Assembly: GCA_002503055.1 (NCBI GenBank)
Contig: DAQX01000029.1
Coordinates: 2,674 to 66,673, forward strand
Reading direction: 5' to 3'
From: Euryarchaeota archaeon UBA86
GTDB lineage: Archaea > Thermoplasmatota > Poseidoniia > Poseidoniales > Thalassarchaeaceae
Length of the DNA: 64,000 bases
Made by a program: the position numbers and the translations under genes. The first letter of the stretch is position 1. Each line of letters opens with the position of its first letter. The notes beneath the pieces were generated by a model. That model saw nothing but the letters and a program-made list of their open reading frames with translations, did no database searches and was not told the DNA's origin. Shown here in pieces: positions 38,545 to 47,202 of the stretch.

Positions 38545-39825
38545 ATGTCAGATTGGAGTGCTAAGAACCCCTACATCTCTAAGTTGAATGACAATCGGAT
38601 TCTAAATGGCAAAGGCTCCAGAAAGGAGACTAGGCACATAGTTTTCGATTTAGGAAAATCAGGATTGGAGTACAAGGCAGGTGACGCTCTAGGAGTAATT
38701 CCTCAGTGCCCCCCTGAGTTAGTCCAAGAACTACTGGACGCTTGTGGCTTCTCTGGAGGCGAAGAGGTAGAGACGCACCTGGGTGAATGCACTATCAGAG
38801 AGGCACTGACCAACAGGTACGAAATTCATAGGATAACAAAGAAGTGGATTGCAAATCTTGGAGATAGGCTAGCTTCTGACACACCGAATATTGAGATTAG
38901 GATAGTTGGTAGGAAGCGTGCCTCAACAGAAGATGGTGAGCTGCTGATGGATTGGAGCGGCTCGGGAGTCGACGACGATGTGCCTGATGGATATGTCGAA
39001 ATTGGCTCCGTAAGTGACCCTGCAGAAGAACTCTGGAACTCTATGATGGAGGATGCAGATGCCATGGAGGACTACATTTGGTCTAGAGACTATATCGACG
39101 GATTAACCGACTTCGGCCACATCGGATTCACTCCTCAGCAATTTGTCGATGGCATGGACAGACTCAAGCCTAGACTTTACTCAATCGCGAGTAGTCCTGA
39201 CTTCGAGCCGGGTACCGTTCATCTCACTGTGGCCATCGTCAGATACCACCACCATGATAGAGACAGAACCGGCCTTTGCACTGGATACTTGGCCGACCGC
39301 TGCGATGTGAATGATTCCGAGATTGGAGTATTCATGTCACCGACTCGTTCGTTCGTTTTACCAGAGGACGACTCGACTGACATAATTATGGTTGGCCCGG
39401 GAACTGGAATAGCTCCGTTTAGAGCGTTCCTTCAGCAAAGACAAGTGAACGGCTCGACAGGACGAAACTGGTTGTTCTTCGGAGACTGGACAGAGGAAGG
39501 CGAGTATCTCTATCGCGATGAAATGGAGGCTTGGACAGAGTCGGGACTGATTGACCGCCACGATCTCGCTTGGTCCCGTGCCGGCCCGGACAAGGTATAT
39601 GTCCAGCACCTGATGAAGAAGAATGGCGAGGAAATCTGGAATTGGATAGACAATGGAGCATACTTCTATGTCTGCGGCGACAAGAACTACATGGCCAGAG
39701 ATGTACACTCCACACTCATCGAAATCTGCTCACAATACGGCGGAATGTCGGAAGAAGATGCAAAGGAGTTCGTCGAGACCGGCCTGATGAAGACCGAGAA
39801 GCGATATCTGCGCGATGTATACTGA
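38545..39825 (+). CDS. CysJ/CPR-like FAD/NAD(P)H reductase lacking the flavodoxin domain
   Basis: KETRH, RLYSIASS, G.CT.YL, MVGPGTGIAPFRAF, YVCG, RYLRDVY; no N-terminal FMN domain. Confidence 0.88.
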   Translation: MSDWSAKNPYISKLNDNRILNGKGSRKETRHIVFDLGKSGLEYKAGDALGVIPQCPPELVQELLDACGFSGGEEVETHLGECTIREALTNRYEIHRITKKWIANLGDRLASDTPNIEIRIVGRKRASTEDGELLMDWSGSGVDDDVPDGYVEIGSVSDPAEELWNSMMEDADAMEDYIWSRDYIDGLTDFGHIGFTPQQFVDGMDRLKPRLYSIASSPDFEPGTVHLTVAIVRYHHHDRDRTGLCTGYLADRCDVNDSEIGVFMSPTRSFVLPEDDSTDIIMVGPGTGIAPFRAFLQQRQVNGSTGRNWLFFGDWTEEGEYLYRDEMEAWTESGLIDRHDLAWSRAGPDKVYVQHLMKKNGEEIWNWIDNGAYFYVCGDKNYMARDVHSTLIEICSQYGGMSEEDAKEFVETGLMKTEKRYLRDVY

Positions 39826-39870
39826 CGACTCTCCGCATTGCTCATACAGCGTCTGCCGGAGCGCAACGAT

Positions 39871-41214
39871 ATGTTCCGCAGGGTGCTGATAGCGAATCGA
39901 GGCGAAATCGCACTTCGTATTCTCCGCTCTCTACGCGCGCTAGGAATAGAGGGAGTTGTAGTCCATGGGCGTGAAGACAGACTAACTCTGCCCGTCAGGA
40001 TGGCAGATGAAGGAGCATTCATCCCCCGCGATGACCCATTGGCATCCTATCTCGATATAGAAGCCGTAGTTGCCGCTGCCAAAGAGGTTGGAGCAGATGC
40101 TGTACACCCTGGATATGGATTCCTAGCCGAGAATGCTACTTTAGCGGAGAGACTCGCCGAGGAAGGAATCGTATTCATTGGACCTAGCCCGGGAGTTCTC
40201 AGATTATTGGGTGACAAAATCTCGGCAAGACATGCGATGGTCAAGGCCGGACTTCCTGTGGCCAAAGGTTCGGGTCAGCCAATCTCAGACGAGACAGAAG
40301 CCCTCAGTATGGCCAAAGAGATCGGCTACCCGGTGATGATCAAAGCAGCCGCCGGAGGAGGCGGCATTGGAATGCAAGTAGTGAACTCAGGAGATGAGTT
40401 CGAATCTGCTCTAAGATTGTGCCAAGGTAGAGCCCTCTCTGCTTTCGGGGACGATAGAGTATTCGTTGAGAAGTTCATTGAAGGTGCCCAACATATCGAA
40501 TTTCAGGTTCTAGGAGATGGAAACAAAGCAGTCCACTTCGGAGAGAGATTCTGCTCTATTCAGAGACGTCACCAGAAGATAATCGAGGAAGGTCCATGGC
40601 TCTCAGAAGAAGTTCGCGCAGAGCTTGGAGCCAAAGTAGTGGCCGGAGCAGAGGCCGTAGGATACAAGGGTCTGGCGACCTTTGAGTTTCTTCGAGATTC
40701 AAATGGAGAATTCTACTTCCTTGAGGTGAATCCACGAGTGCAAGTAGAGCACACCGTTACTGAGATGATTGCCGGGGTTGACTTGGTTTCCTTAGGAATC
40801 AAGGTAGCAGCAGGAGAACCACTACCTATCTCACAATCAGATATTCAAATCTCAGGACATGCCATTCAGACTAGAATTAACGCAGAGGATCCATTCACAC
40901 TCAAACCATCTCCTGGCAGAATCTGGGAATGTCATTGGCCAGGAGGGCCAGGAGTCCGAGTCGACACACACTCTCACACGGGCTATGACATGCCACCTTC
41001 ATTCGACTCTTTACTAGCGAAACTCATCGTTTGGGCACCTAATCGTGATGAAGCGTTAGCCAAGATGGATGCCGCTCTAGCAGAGACAATAATCATTGGA
41101 GTGGACACTCTAATTCCTCTTCACAGAGCAATAATGAGTGAGCCTGACTTCCGTAACGGAAATATCACCATTGCTTATCTAGATGAGCACCCGGGTATAC
41201 TTGATGGGGTGTAA
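39871..41214 (+). CDS. accC: Biotin carboxylase subunit of acetyl/propionyl-CoA carboxylase
   Basis: LIANRGEIA, HPGYGFLAEN, GGGGIGM, QRRHQK, EVNPRVQVEH, RINAEDP. Confidence 0.94.
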   Translation: MFRRVLIANRGEIALRILRSLRALGIEGVVVHGREDRLTLPVRMADEGAFIPRDDPLASYLDIEAVVAAAKEVGADAVHPGYGFLAENATLAERLAEEGIVFIGPSPGVLRLLGDKISARHAMVKAGLPVAKGSGQPISDETEALSMAKEIGYPVMIKAAAGGGGIGMQVVNSGDEFESALRLCQGRALSAFGDDRVFVEKFIEGAQHIEFQVLGDGNKAVHFGERFCSIQRRHQKIIEEGPWLSEEVRAELGAKVVAGAEAVGYKGLATFEFLRDSNGEFYFLEVNPRVQVEHTVTEMIAGVDLVSLGIKVAAGEPLPISQSDIQISGHAIQTRINAEDPFTLKPSPGRIWECHWPGGPGVRVDTHSHTGYDMPPSFDSLLAKLIVWAPNRDEALAKMDAALAETIIIGVDTLIPLHRAIMSEPDFRNGNITIAYLDEHPGILDGV

Positions 41215-42180
41215 ATGTTGAAACTCGTAATTCTAGGAAGTATAGGACTCGATGATATCGAGACCCCAGTTGACAGCGGCTCGGACCTACTAGGAGGAGC
41301 CGCCGCACACGCTGGAATCGCTGCAGGGTTCCATCTTCCGGTGACTCCCCAATCGTCACCAGAGATAGGACTGGTCAGTGCTGTAGGTACTGACTTTCCA
41401 TCCGATGCACAGACAACTTTAGAGAACTCAGGTCTGAATCTAGCAGGAGTCATCCGCAAGGATGGAAGCACATTTCGATGGTCGGGCCGATATGAGGGCT
41501 CTATGGACGATGTAACTACAATCTCTACTGAAGTAAATGTCCTCGAAGACCATATTCCTGAGATTCCGGCATCCTGGAAGAATCCGGAAGTCCTATTCTG
41601 CGCAAACACACACCCTCGTTCTCAAGTGGCGGTACTTGACCAGTGTCCGGGAGCAGTAATTACTGCACTCGACTCATTCATGCTATGGATTGAAACAGAA
41701 TTCGAACTTCTCTCCGAGGCACTTCGTAAGGTGGACCTAGCCATCCTCAATGAAGAGGAGGTCTGTGCCATTGCCGGAGATGATTTAGTTCACAATGCGG
41801 CAGCCAAGATTTCCTCAGGAGAGGCCCTGTATGGGGGCATAGCAGCAGGCCCTGGGCCTAGAGGAGTAATCGTCAAGAGGGGCAGAAGCGGTTCGGTTGC
41901 TTACCTCGATTGCGGCATCATCACTCTACCGGCATATCCAACAGATGAATTGGTTGATCCAACTGGGGCAGGCGACAGTTTTGCTGGAGGCCTATTATCC
42001 AATATCGCTGGCCGTAAGGGAGCTCTGAACCAACGCGACACTATGCGCGATGCACTTCTGCACGCGACTGTAACCGCATCATTCTCTGTTGAAGGATTAG
42101 GTGTGTCAGGCGTTAGTAATCTCGAACGAGGACGCTACCACGCCAGAGTCGACAAGTATCGCCGCATGGTCGGACTGTAA
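41215..42180 (+). CDS. PfkB-family carbohydrate/nucleoside kinase
   Basis: GG.A, VG.DF, N.EE, DPTGAGDSFAGG. Confidence 0.9.
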   Translation: MLKLVILGSIGLDDIETPVDSGSDLLGGAAAHAGIAAGFHLPVTPQSSPEIGLVSAVGTDFPSDAQTTLENSGLNLAGVIRKDGSTFRWSGRYEGSMDDVTTISTEVNVLEDHIPEIPASWKNPEVLFCANTHPRSQVAVLDQCPGAVITALDSFMLWIETEFELLSEALRKVDLAILNEEEVCAIAGDDLVHNAAAKISSGEALYGGIAAGPGPRGVIVKRGRSGSVAYLDCGIITLPAYPTDELVDPTGAGDSFAGGLLSNIAGRKGALNQRDTMRDALLHATVTASFSVEGLGVSGVSNLERGRYHARVDKYRRMVGL

Positions 42181-43884
42181 TCACTCAAGCCGCTTGATTC
42201 CAGGTAAAGGGTGAGGATCACTCTTCGAAGAAGTCCTCCTTAGTTGTGAGAATCTCAACCCCCTCTCTTCACTAATTCGGGAATTAACAGATTCTCTGTT
42301 TTCGCCGCTGGAAACCCTCCTAACCACACCATCGAGTGCTTCTTTGGCAGAGTGCGGTTGATTGCCCCTAGTTTCCCGGTTCATGATATCCGCTTGATGA
42401 TCTTGATCACTTCGCAGTCTGATATGTTGAGATGATTGGAAGTGAGCCTCGGAAACTTCGTCCGTAGCATCAGTGTCTCCATATTCGGAAGCATAAGTCT
42501 CAGAGCGGTTCCGAACTCTGTGTCCAGGGCCTATCAAAGCACCAATCCAACCCATTCTCTGTTTAGATGCCCTTCTTCTTCGACTGGAGTTTACTCTTCC
42601 ACTACCCATTGAACTGACGATTCGAGAAACTCCTGGGAATTCATTCAGACTGGCCGAATCAATTGCCTGACCACTACTCTTTCCATCAGTGAGTAAAGCC
42701 TGCTTCGCTCTTGCCTGTCTAACCACTCCGGGTTTACATTCTTCTCTTACTGCACTATGGTTAGGGGCAGGAAGTGAGCGAGCCATGAATGGCCCGACTT
42801 CTCCCAATTGGCCTTGAGCTCGCTTAATCATCTCTGAACTAGATGGACCTCTAGTTTCGATATTATGGTCTACAGCGCCAATGTAATTTTGTGTGATTGG
42901 ATAATCTTGGGCTGGAGTCACAGACTCGCTGGGCGGCGAGGTAGTTGGAGGTGAGTAGGACGATACTGAATCAACATCGAACATTCCACCCTCTCCGAAC
43001 ATGTCCATTCCTACGACAGCCTCATCGAGGGCCGAATCGATTCTAGATTCTCCTGCTGGCTTCTCCTCATACCATGATGGCGACTCCTCTCTGCCCCATG
43101 CTCTGGAATAAGCATCCCCTCCTGATTCAGAAACAGGGTCATCGAACATCATCATAGGTGATGGTTCTTCAGTTGGAGGCGGACTGGCAAAGAGATTGTT
43201 AGAGAAAGTTGGCATCGGTTCTGACTCATCCACTGAAAGAAACCCTGCCAATGGCGATGACTCGGACTCAGAAGACACTGCTAGTAATGGTTCTTCTACA
43301 GGCCCAATCTCTTGGATTTCAGGTGCCTCTAGAAGTCCCTTCAGATCTAGGACTTCACCCATGGCATCCCGGAGAGCCGGGTATGAGGGTAATTCCACAT
43401 CTATATGCTCCAAACCAGTTCTAGCCTCTTCTATTGTAGAGCCGCGGCCGACTCGGTCGACCATCATGCATAGTTTGAGCAGAACTCCTTCTGTGCCAGC
43501 GATGATATGCCTGTCACCAGCTTCTGTTTCTATTGCCAAGACGGAGGTCCTTGACAAGACATACCCCAAGAGAGTCAATGAACCAGCAGCAGTTGCAACT
43601 AGGGCGTAAGGAGGAAGCAGAACTTTGAGTCCAAGATAGATTGCCATTAGACTCAGTGGAACTGACCCGGAAGGGAATAATGGGACCTTCATGTGTCGCA
43701 TTCTAGAGATCGATCCGAGTGAAAGTCTGATGCCGTGGCCATCGTATCGTTCTAGAGTCAGCTGACGCCGTGTTAGAACAGCGACAAACTTCCCTCCAGA
43801 CCCGACCAAACTCAGATTGCCGAACAGTTCCGACCTCTCTTCATCCTGGCCGGGCGTTAGCCCGACAGAGTACATCCCGAACAC
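42181..43884 (-). CDS. Hypothetical membrane protein (2 TM) with a long low-complexity tail
   Basis: 567-aa ORF; TM pair near residues 75-110; S/E/P-rich then R-rich tail. Confidence 0.7.
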   Translation of the reverse strand: MFGMYSVGLTPGQDEERSELFGNLSLVGSGGKFVAVLTRRQLTLERYDGHGIRLSLGSISRMRHMKVPLFPSGSVPLSLMAIYLGLKVLLPPYALVATAAGSLTLLGYVLSRTSVLAIETEAGDRHIIAGTEGVLLKLCMMVDRVGRGSTIEEARTGLEHIDVELPSYPALRDAMGEVLDLKGLLEAPEIQEIGPVEEPLLAVSSESESSPLAGFLSVDESEPMPTFSNNLFASPPPTEEPSPMMMFDDPVSESGGDAYSRAWGREESPSWYEEKPAGESRIDSALDEAVVGMDMFGEGGMFDVDSVSSYSPPTTSPPSESVTPAQDYPITQNYIGAVDHNIETRGPSSSEMIKRAQGQLGEVGPFMARSLPAPNHSAVREECKPGVVRQARAKQALLTDGKSSGQAIDSASLNEFPGVSRIVSSMGSGRVNSSRRRRASKQRMGWIGALIGPGHRVRNRSETYASEYGDTDATDEVSEAHFQSSQHIRLRSDQDHQADIMNRETRGNQPHSAKEALDGVVRRVSSGENRESVNSRISEERGLRFSQLRRTSSKSDPHPLPGIKRLE

Positions 43885-44004
43885 ACCAGCGACTCTGATT
43901 GGCTATAACTGCTCGGGAAATTGAGCGCTTGGCCGAACCGCTTACGCGCACGCGTGAGAACAGCCACAGGCTTGAGAATCTGATATTATCAGAAAACAGG
44001 GGGC

Positions 44005-44481
44005 TTATTCCATTGCTTTTCGTGCCATACTGGCTCGATTCCACAGTTCCTTTTCCTCATCAGTTGTCGGAGTGAATTGTGGGATAGCGACTGGACGCTT
44101 ATTGGAGTCTACAGCCACCATGAAAAAGAAGCCAGAACAGATCTCTTCGCCCTCCCATTCAGAGCGCGATAGCCGGCATGAAATAACATGCACTCCCGCA
44201 GTGCGAGGAGAAGTCCAGACTACCTTCGAAGTAGTCCTGATGATATCTCCTTGGTAGGCCGGTCGGCGAAACTTGAGGGCATCGACTGATACAGTTACAA
44301 ACTCCTTGTGAGCGAACTTACTGGAGACCATGCCTGCCGCAGTATCCATTATCGACATCAAACGTCCACCGTACAGAGTATCCATCGAGTTTGTATCTCC
44401 TGGGAATACTTCGTTCAGCAGTACAACTGGCTCGAGAGAGTGAGGCTCAGACATTACTATCGATATGCCTCGAGAGTCCAT
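44005..44481 (-). CDS. Acyl-CoA thioesterase (hotdog fold, YciA-like)
   Basis: P.DTN...TLYGG.LM..MD, VT.SVD...F, F.MVAVD; start may be 44454. Confidence 0.9.
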   Translation of the reverse strand: MDSRGISIVMSEPHSLEPVVLLNEVFPGDTNSMDTLYGGRLMSIMDTAAGMVSSKFAHKEFVTVSVDALKFRRPAYQGDIIRTTSKVVWTSPRTAGVHVISCRLSRSEWEGEEICSGFFFMVAVDSNKRPVAIPQFTPTTDEEKELWNRASMARKAME

Positions 44482-44568
44482 CCCCCTTCAACCCTACATA
44501 CGCACAATCAGCGTAGAAACAGTTCTTCGACCGTTGTATTCAATCGAAAGCGACCCCTCGCAGGCCTC

Positions 44569-45369
44569 ATGATCAATGGCGAGTTACGTTGGGAAACCGT
44601 GGTTCTGGAGGACCCGATGGGCGGCCGAATTGTACTATGGCCACACCTGCCATGTGTTCGAATGCCGTCTTCATTGAGGTATCGAGGCAGATGGGAAGGA
44701 CTCGCTTTGTTATTCAGCCTCAGCGACTTGAGCGAATGGAGGCAAGATGAGAAGCAGGACAAGGAAAGTCCAGGTGTTCACATCGATGCTGCAATTGCCT
44801 CAGGTACAGTTCTCGGTAGGCTGATGAAGGACCTGAAGGAGTACAATGTTGACGGCCCCAAGATTCCCGACCCGGAGCAACTCAGACTTCTCCTACATGC
44901 AGACAATGCCAGAGGAGGTATGCCGATTTACGCAATCGAACCTGATTTGGACGATACCGATTGGATCGAATGGTTGGAGAGTAGCGCCGATAAGCAGGCT
45001 AGTATGTCCAATCTCCTATCCACTTTGACTACATCTAGGAGATGGAAGCAGAACAGGACTAGCGCTATTTCCAAAGTGACTAGGAACAATTCTGTAGATG
45101 CAGATTTGGGGGCAGCTGCAGCATCCTGTGCTGCTTGGTGGGTGGAGGAGCAGGGTGCTCTAACCGAGGAACTACTATCGCAGAGAAATACCCGATTTGC
45201 AGCAAGGTTACGAGGTTCTCTTGCCGATTTGATCAACAGCAGGGTTGATGATGCGGAAGCATCTGAATGCACCCTACTGGTACCGGTCCACCAAGCATGG
45301 CTGCCCTCTCTGGAGGCAGCAGTCGTGGCTTGGCCGGACCCTGAGCCAGTGAGTATGGAGGTGCGATAA
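44569..45369 (+). CDS. Hypothetical protein (possibly a degenerate TraB/PrgY-like fold)
   Basis: Start set at ATG 44569 (TTCAA 30 nt upstream); C-terminal 'RN.RFAARLR...LLVPVH.AWL.SL'. Confidence 0.65.
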   Translation: MINGELRWETVVLEDPMGGRIVLWPHLPCVRMPSSLRYRGRWEGLALLFSLSDLSEWRQDEKQDKESPGVHIDAAIASGTVLGRLMKDLKEYNVDGPKIPDPEQLRLLLHADNARGGMPIYAIEPDLDDTDWIEWLESSADKQASMSNLLSTLTTSRRWKQNRTSAISKVTRNNSVDADLGAAAASCAAWWVEEQGALTEELLSQRNTRFAARLRGSLADLINSRVDDAEASECTLLVPVHQAWLPSLEAAVVAWPDPEPVSMEVR

Positions 45370-45896
45370 TGGAGTCTTCCGGAATTTCAGTAAGTGTTGA
45401 GACACAGACCTTCAGATTCATTCCCTCCACTCCAATTTCACATCAAGAGGCGGTTTCATTAGCCGGAGGATCAGCTAGCGGCGCGTATGTTGTAATCAGC
45501 CATGAGGAACCTAGGGCTACCTTCGTTGTCGAGCCCAACGGCTCAGTTTTGGTGCATGGAATTGCTAGAGCCGAAGTAGCTAGACTTGCAGTCCAAGAAT
45601 TACTTCTTACTATGGGAATGTCAGATGACAACATCGGGATGGAATCCGGTGAGATGCTGATTAGATTCTCAATCGGAAGGGCTGTGTTGATGCCTCTGGC
45701 CGCTGATAGATTTGAAGGAATAGAGATGGATTCTAGACTAGGCGCGCTTAGAATAGATGCCTCCTTGCATAATTCACAAATTCTAATGTTCAACAATGGC
45801 CATGGAGTCGTCCTAGGCCAGACCTCGAAGAAGATCGCTGAGATGGCCGTGCGCCATTGGACCAAACTCCTAGACGAAGAGGGAGCACTGGCCTGA
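45369..45896 (+). CDS. Highly divergent TATA-binding-protein-like protein
   Basis: Two internal repeats 'EPRATFVVEPNGSVLVHG...EVARLAV' and 'HNSQILMFNNGHGVVLGQTSKKIAEMAV' match the TBP repeat pattern; TBP-like length. Confidence 0.6.
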   Translation: MESSGISVSVETQTFRFIPSTPISHQEAVSLAGGSASGAYVVISHEEPRATFVVEPNGSVLVHGIARAEVARLAVQELLLTMGMSDDNIGMESGEMLIRFSIGRAVLMPLAADRFEGIEMDSRLGALRIDASLHNSQILMFNNGHGVVLGQTSKKIAEMAVRHWTKLLDEEGALA

Positions 45897-45897
45897 G

Positions 45898-46785
45898 ATG
45901 ATCATTGACGGCAAGTGGACTGGACCAATTGTAGACCAGCATATACACCTAGACCGCTCAGGCCATTTTCTTTCCGCAGCTGAGGAATTCTCTCTAGCTG
46001 GAGGTACTGGGATGATGCTTGTTCACAAGCCCGCAATTCGCGGAAATTTACCTACAGACTTAGACGGGTATCGTTCAGCCTATGCAGATACGCTTTCGAT
46101 GGCCGAAGAAGTCAGGAGTTCTGTTGGCCTCGAGGTCGGAGTTGTACTCGGCCCCCATCCTGTAGTATGGGAGCGTCAGATTGAATCACTCGGACATGAA
46201 AAATCAACTGAATTACATCTCGAAGCCGTAGGTCTTGCACTCGAACACATAGAAGCAGGAGAAGCCAACTGCCTAGGTGAGGTCGGACGCCCACACTATC
46301 CGGTGGATGATGATACTTGGGCATCAGCCACTGACCTACTGCTTGAGATAATGAGCATGGCATCTTCTAGTAAATGCTCTATTCAACTCCATGTCGAGAG
46401 TAATGGAGAGGCAACTTGTAGAGAGCTTGCAGGAATGTGTGACAAGACAGGATTACCTCGCGAGCGTGCAATCAGACATTATGCTCCGCCTGATGTTAGT
46501 GTCGAATTCACCCATGGTATGGCTGCAACTGTAAGCGTCGGTCAAGGCAGCATCGAGGGTCTAGCCAGCACCGCTAGTTTGCATTCATCTCCTTGGGGGA
46601 TGGAAACTGACTTCTTAGATGACTCAGACAGGCCGGGCGCAGTTCTAGGTCCGAAGACAATACCCAAGCGAACAAATGAGCTCTGTTCGGCATTGCTTCA
46701 AGAGGGCTGGGAAGACGACGATGTAACCCGTCTAATGAACTCAATTCACAGAGACTGGCCAGAGAGTCTGTACTCCATAACTTAG
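45898..46785 (+). CDS. TatD-related metal-dependent hydrolase (archaeal type)
   Basis: DQHIH, GPHP, GEVGRPHY, QLHVE, ETDF.DD..RPGAV. Confidence 0.88.
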   Translation: MIIDGKWTGPIVDQHIHLDRSGHFLSAAEEFSLAGGTGMMLVHKPAIRGNLPTDLDGYRSAYADTLSMAEEVRSSVGLEVGVVLGPHPVVWERQIESLGHEKSTELHLEAVGLALEHIEAGEANCLGEVGRPHYPVDDDTWASATDLLLEIMSMASSSKCSIQLHVESNGEATCRELAGMCDKTGLPRERAIRHYAPPDVSVEFTHGMAATVSVGQGSIEGLASTASLHSSPWGMETDFLDDSDRPGAVLGPKTIPKRTNELCSALLQEGWEDDDVTRLMNSIHRDWPESLYSIT

Positions 46786-46985
46786 GCCTTTGACTCCAGC
46801 TTCTGATCCGGGAGTATGAACAACAACCCGCCAAGAGCAAACAGGAACAAAGTCAGGGCAAAGCCTTGGAATTCTCCAAGTGGGACTTCATATCCAATGC
46901 CAGAAAGACCCATTCTCCATAACGGCCCATTAATCGGCATGAATAGTAGCATTAGGGCAACGCCCAACTTCTGCCTTGCTCGCAT
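46782..46985 (-). CDS. Small 2-TM membrane protein
   Basis: MRARQKLG... with two hydrophobic segments; TTCAT 29 nt upstream. Confidence 0.6.
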   Translation of the reverse strand: MRARQKLGVALMLLFMPINGPLWRMGLSGIGYEVPLGEFQGFALTLFLFALGGLLFILPDQKLESKA

Positions 46986-47032
46986 AGCATCCCTATTACA
47001 CTCGCATAGATGAACCGAACGCATACCTAATC

Positions 47033-47109
47033 TGGTGCGCCCGCCGGGATTCGAACCCAGGATATGAGGTTGGAAACCTCAGGTGATAACCAGACTTCAC
47101 TACAGGCGC
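47033..47109 (-). tRNA. tRNA-Gly(TCC), CCA encoded
   Basis: Acceptor GCGCCTG/CGGGCGC, anticodon arm TGAGG-TTTCCAA-CCTCA, T loop TTCGAAT, discriminator A then CCA. Confidence 0.95.
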
Positions 47110-47202
47110 GGTACATCTGCGAACACAAACCTCCACTAAACCGATTCGGTTCGAAAATCTATCAAGTGAAGCATTCAAACGCACCCCTCCTCACGGAGGG
47201 GC

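Noticed and set aside
43990..44008. AAAACAGGGGGCTTAT resembling an RNase P RNA 3' end
   Set aside because: The gap is only 120 nt, no 5' P4 strand is seen, and the TTA is the thioesterase stop codon
44308..44568. N-terminal extensions in the ORF track (also 51355-51543, 62923-63048, 25945-26021)
   Set aside because: They overlap divergent genes; downstream starts fit domain boundaries and promoter spacing
20737..47109. Two tRNA-Gly genes as borders of an integrated island
   Set aside because: Both are complete, different isoacceptors in opposite orientation; no integrase or att duplication; the interval holds core genes such as cdc6 and coaD
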